From Eledone cirrhosa (lineage: Eukaryota): a DNA stretch of 64,000 nt. The stretch is from the NCBI GenBank assembly GCA_964016885.1, contig OZ024743.1, positions 208,382,001 through 208,446,000 on the forward strand. The letters run 5' to 3'. The notes under the pieces were generated by a model. It was given only the letters and a program-made list of their open reading frames with translations. It ran no database searches and was not told the DNA's origin. Shown piece after piece: positions 60,710 through 64,000 of this stretch. The first letter of the stretch is position 1; each line of letters opens with the position of its first letter. Made by a program: the position numbers and the translations under genes.

Positions 60710-63700
60710 ACACATGAAAGCTCTTCACTCCATAAGATATACCACAGTTTACCATCCTATAGCCACAGATGAAAGCTCTTCACTCCATAAGATATACCAC
60801 AGTTTAACATCCTATAGCCACACATGAAAGCTCTTCACTCCATAAGATATACTACAGTTTACCATCCTATAGCCACACATGAAAGCTCTTCACTCCATAA
60901 GATATACCACAGTTTACCATCCTATAGCCACAGATGAAAGCTCTTCACTCCATAAGATATACCACAGTTTACAATCCTATAGCCACACATGAAAGCTCTT
61001 CACTCCATAACATATACCACAGTTTACCATCCTATAGCCACACATGAAAGCTCTTCGCTCCATAAGATATACCACAGTTTACCATCCTATAGCCACACAT
61101 GAAAGCTCTACACTCCATAAGATATACCACAGTTTACCATCCTATAGCCACACATGAAAGCTCTTCACTCCATAAGATATACCACAGTTTACCATCCTAT
61201 AGCCACAGATGAAAGCTCTTCACTCCATAAGATATACCACAGTTTAACATCCTATAGCCACACATGAAAGCTCTTCACTCCATAAGATATACCACAGTTT
61301 ACCATCCTATAGCCACAGATGAAAGCTCTTCACTCCATAAGATATACCACAGTTTACCATCCTATAGGAAAACCTGAAAGCTCTTCACTCCATAAGATAT
61401 ACCACAGTTTACCATCCTATGGCCACAGATGAAAGCTCTTCACTCCATAAGATATACCAAAGTTTACCATCCTATAGCCACAGATGAAAGCTCTTCACTC
61501 CATAAGATATACCACAGTTTACCATCCTATAGCCACAGATGAAAGCTCTTCACTCCATAAGATATACCACAGTTTACAATCCTATAGCCACACATGAAAG
61601 CTCTTCACTCCATAACATATACCACAGTTTACCATCCTATAGCCACACATGAAAGCTCTTCGCTCCATAAGATATACCACAGTTTACCATCCTATAGCCA
61701 CACATGAAAGCTCTACACTCCATAAGATATACCACAGTTTACCATCCTATAGCCACACATGAAAGCTCTTCACTCCATAAGATATACCACAGTTTACCAT
61801 CCTATAGCCACAGATGAAAGCTCTTCACTCCATAAGATATACCACAGTTTAACATCCTATAGCCACACATGAAAGCTCTTCACTCCATAAGATATACCAC
61901 AGTTTACCATCCTATAGCCACAGATGAAAGCTCTCCACTCCATAAGATATACCACAGTTGACCATCCTATAGCTAGATGAAAGCTCTTCACTCCATAAGA
62001 TATACCACAGTTTACCATCCTATAGCCACAGATGAAAGCTCTTCACTCCATAAGATATACCACAGTTTACCATCCTATAGCCACACATGAAAGCTCTTCA
62101 CTCCATAAGATATAACACAGTTTACCATATTATAGCCACAGATGAAAGCTCTTCACTCCATAAGATATACCACAGTTTACCATCCTATAGCCACACATGA
62201 AAGCTCTTCACTCCATAAGATATACCACAGTTTACCATCCTATAGCCACACATGAAAGCTCTTCACTCCGTAAGATATACCACAGTTTACCATCCTATAG
62301 CCACAGATGAAAGCTCTTCACTCCATAAGATATACCACAGTTTACCATCCTATAGCTAGATGAAAGCTCTTCACTCCATAAGATATACCACAGTTTACCA
62401 TCCTATAGCCACAAATGAAAGCTCTTCACTCCATAAGATATACCACAGTTTACCATCCTATAGCCACACATGAAAGCTCTTCACTCCATAAGATATACCA
62501 CAGTTTACCATCCTATAGCCACACATGAAAGCTCTTCACTCCATAAGATATACCACAGTTTACCATCCTATAGCCACACATGAAAGCTCTTCACTCCATA
62601 AGATATACCACAGTTTACCATCCTATAGCCACAGATGAAAGCTCGTCACTCCATAAGATATACCACAGTTTACCATCCTATAGCCACACATGAAAGCTCT
62701 TCACTCCATAAGATATACCACAGTTTACCATCATATAGCCACACATGAAAGATCTTCACTCCATAAGATATACCACAGTTTACCATCCTATAGCCACACA
62801 TGAAAGCTATTCACTCCATAAGATATACCACAGTTTACCATCCTATAGCCACACATGAAAGCTCTTCACTCCATAAGATATACCACAGTTTACCATCCTA
62901 TAGGAAAACCTGAAAGCTCTTCACTCCATAAGATATACCACAGTTTACCATCCTATAGCCACACATGAAAGCTCTTCACTCCATAAGATATACCACAGTT
63001 TACCATCCTATAGCCACAGATGAAAGCTCTTCACTCCATAAGATATACCACAGTTTAACATCCTATAGCCACACATGAAAGCTCTTCACTCCATAAGATA
63101 TACTACAGTTTACCATCCTATAGCCACACATGAAAGCTCTTCACTCCATAAGATATACCACAGTTTACCATCCTATAGACACAGATGAAAGCTCTTCACT
63201 CCATAAGATATACCACAGTTTACAATCCTATAGCCACACATGAAAGCTCTTCACTCCATAACATATACCACAGTTTACCATCCTATAGCCACACATGAAA
63301 GCTCTTCGCTCCATAAGATATACCACAGTTTACCATCCTATAGCCACACATGAAAGCTCTAAACTCCATAAGATATACCACAGTTTACCATCCTATAGCC
63401 ACACATGAAAGCTCTTCACTCCATAAGATATACCACAGTTTACCATCCTATAGCCACAGATGAAAGCTCTTCACTCCATAAGATATACCACAGTTTAACA
63501 TCCTATAGCCACACATGAAAGCTCTTCACTCCATAAGATATACCACAGTTTACCATCCTATAGCCACAGATGAAAGCTCTTCACTCCATAAGATATACCA
63601 CAGTTTACCATCCTATAGGAAAACCTGAAAGCTCTTCACTACATAAGATATACCACAGTTTACCATCCTATGGCCACAGATGAAAGCTCTTCACTCCATA

Positions 63701-64000
63701 AGATATACCAAAGTTTACCATCCTATAGCCACAGATGAAAGCTCTTCACTCCATAAGATATACCACAGTTTACCATCCTATAGCCACAGATGAAAGCTCT
63801 TCACTCCATAAGATATACCACAGTTTACAATCCTATAGCCACACATGAAAGCTCTTCACTCCATAACATATACCACAGTTTACCATCCTATAGCCACACA
63901 TGAAAGCTCTTCGCTCCATAAGATATACCACAGTTTACCATCCTATAGCCACACATGAAAGCTCTACACTCCATAAGATATACCACAGTTTACCATCCTA
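60710..64000. repeat. 2251-bp (41-monomer) duplication containing a 605-bp (11-monomer) internal duplication; second copy cut by the window end
   Basis: The ctcta variant occurs at 61106, 61711, 63357 and 63962 (605 within pairs, 2251 between pairs); actacag at 60851/63102 is offset by 2251. Confidence 0.88.

Larger units (their letters stand above)
1..64000. repeat. Tandem satellite DNA array, 55-bp monomer, about 1,160 copies, single orientation, truncated by both window edges
   Basis: Bases 1-55 (gccacacatgaaagctcttcactccataagatataccacagtttaccatcctata) repeat at 56, 111, 166 and onward to the window end with no unique sequence. Most monomers differ from consensus by 0-2 substitutions. Consensus composition is A19 C17 G5 T14 (40% GC). 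Confidence 0.99.

Noticed and set aside
1-64000. CRISPR array
   Set aside because: The whole 55 bp repeats; there are no unique spacers, no leader and no cas genes.
1-64000. Whole array as a sequencing or assembly artefact (concatemer or rolling-circle product)
   Set aside because: Variants are shared hierarchically and in order over many kb, which random error or a single circular template would not produce. Individual near-identical duplications still need read support.
1-64000. Promoter elements (TATA-like, ATG) and an information-coding reading of the variant order
   Set aside because: The short motifs are just part of the monomer, and the variant order is adequately explained by duplication history; nothing supports a code or a regulatory role.

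Overview
All 64 kb is one uninterrupted head-to-tail array of a 55-bp satellite monomer (about 1,160 copies by length), consensus GCCACA(C/G)ATGAAAGCTCTTCACTCCATAAGATATACCACAGTTTACCATCCTATA. It stays in one orientation and runs off both ends of the window. I see no genes, RNA genes, mobile elements or CRISPR spacers; the ten 63-aa ORFs are by-products of the repeat. The real structure is in the variants: recurrent 60-bp and 53-bp monomers and diagnostic substitutions occur in a fixed order. They define an older higher-order repeat of roughly 35-45 monomers, overlaid by nested recent duplications (offsets 280, 605, 988, 1098, 1536, 1660, 2251, 2371, 4313, 5200 and 8604 bp, read by eye from shared private variants) and by three domains with different variant sets. 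This resembles eukaryotic centromeric or heterochromatic satellite DNA, but I cannot name the family or organism, and the sequence alone does not show function. Duplication offsets are exact at the cited markers; block endpoints are approximate.
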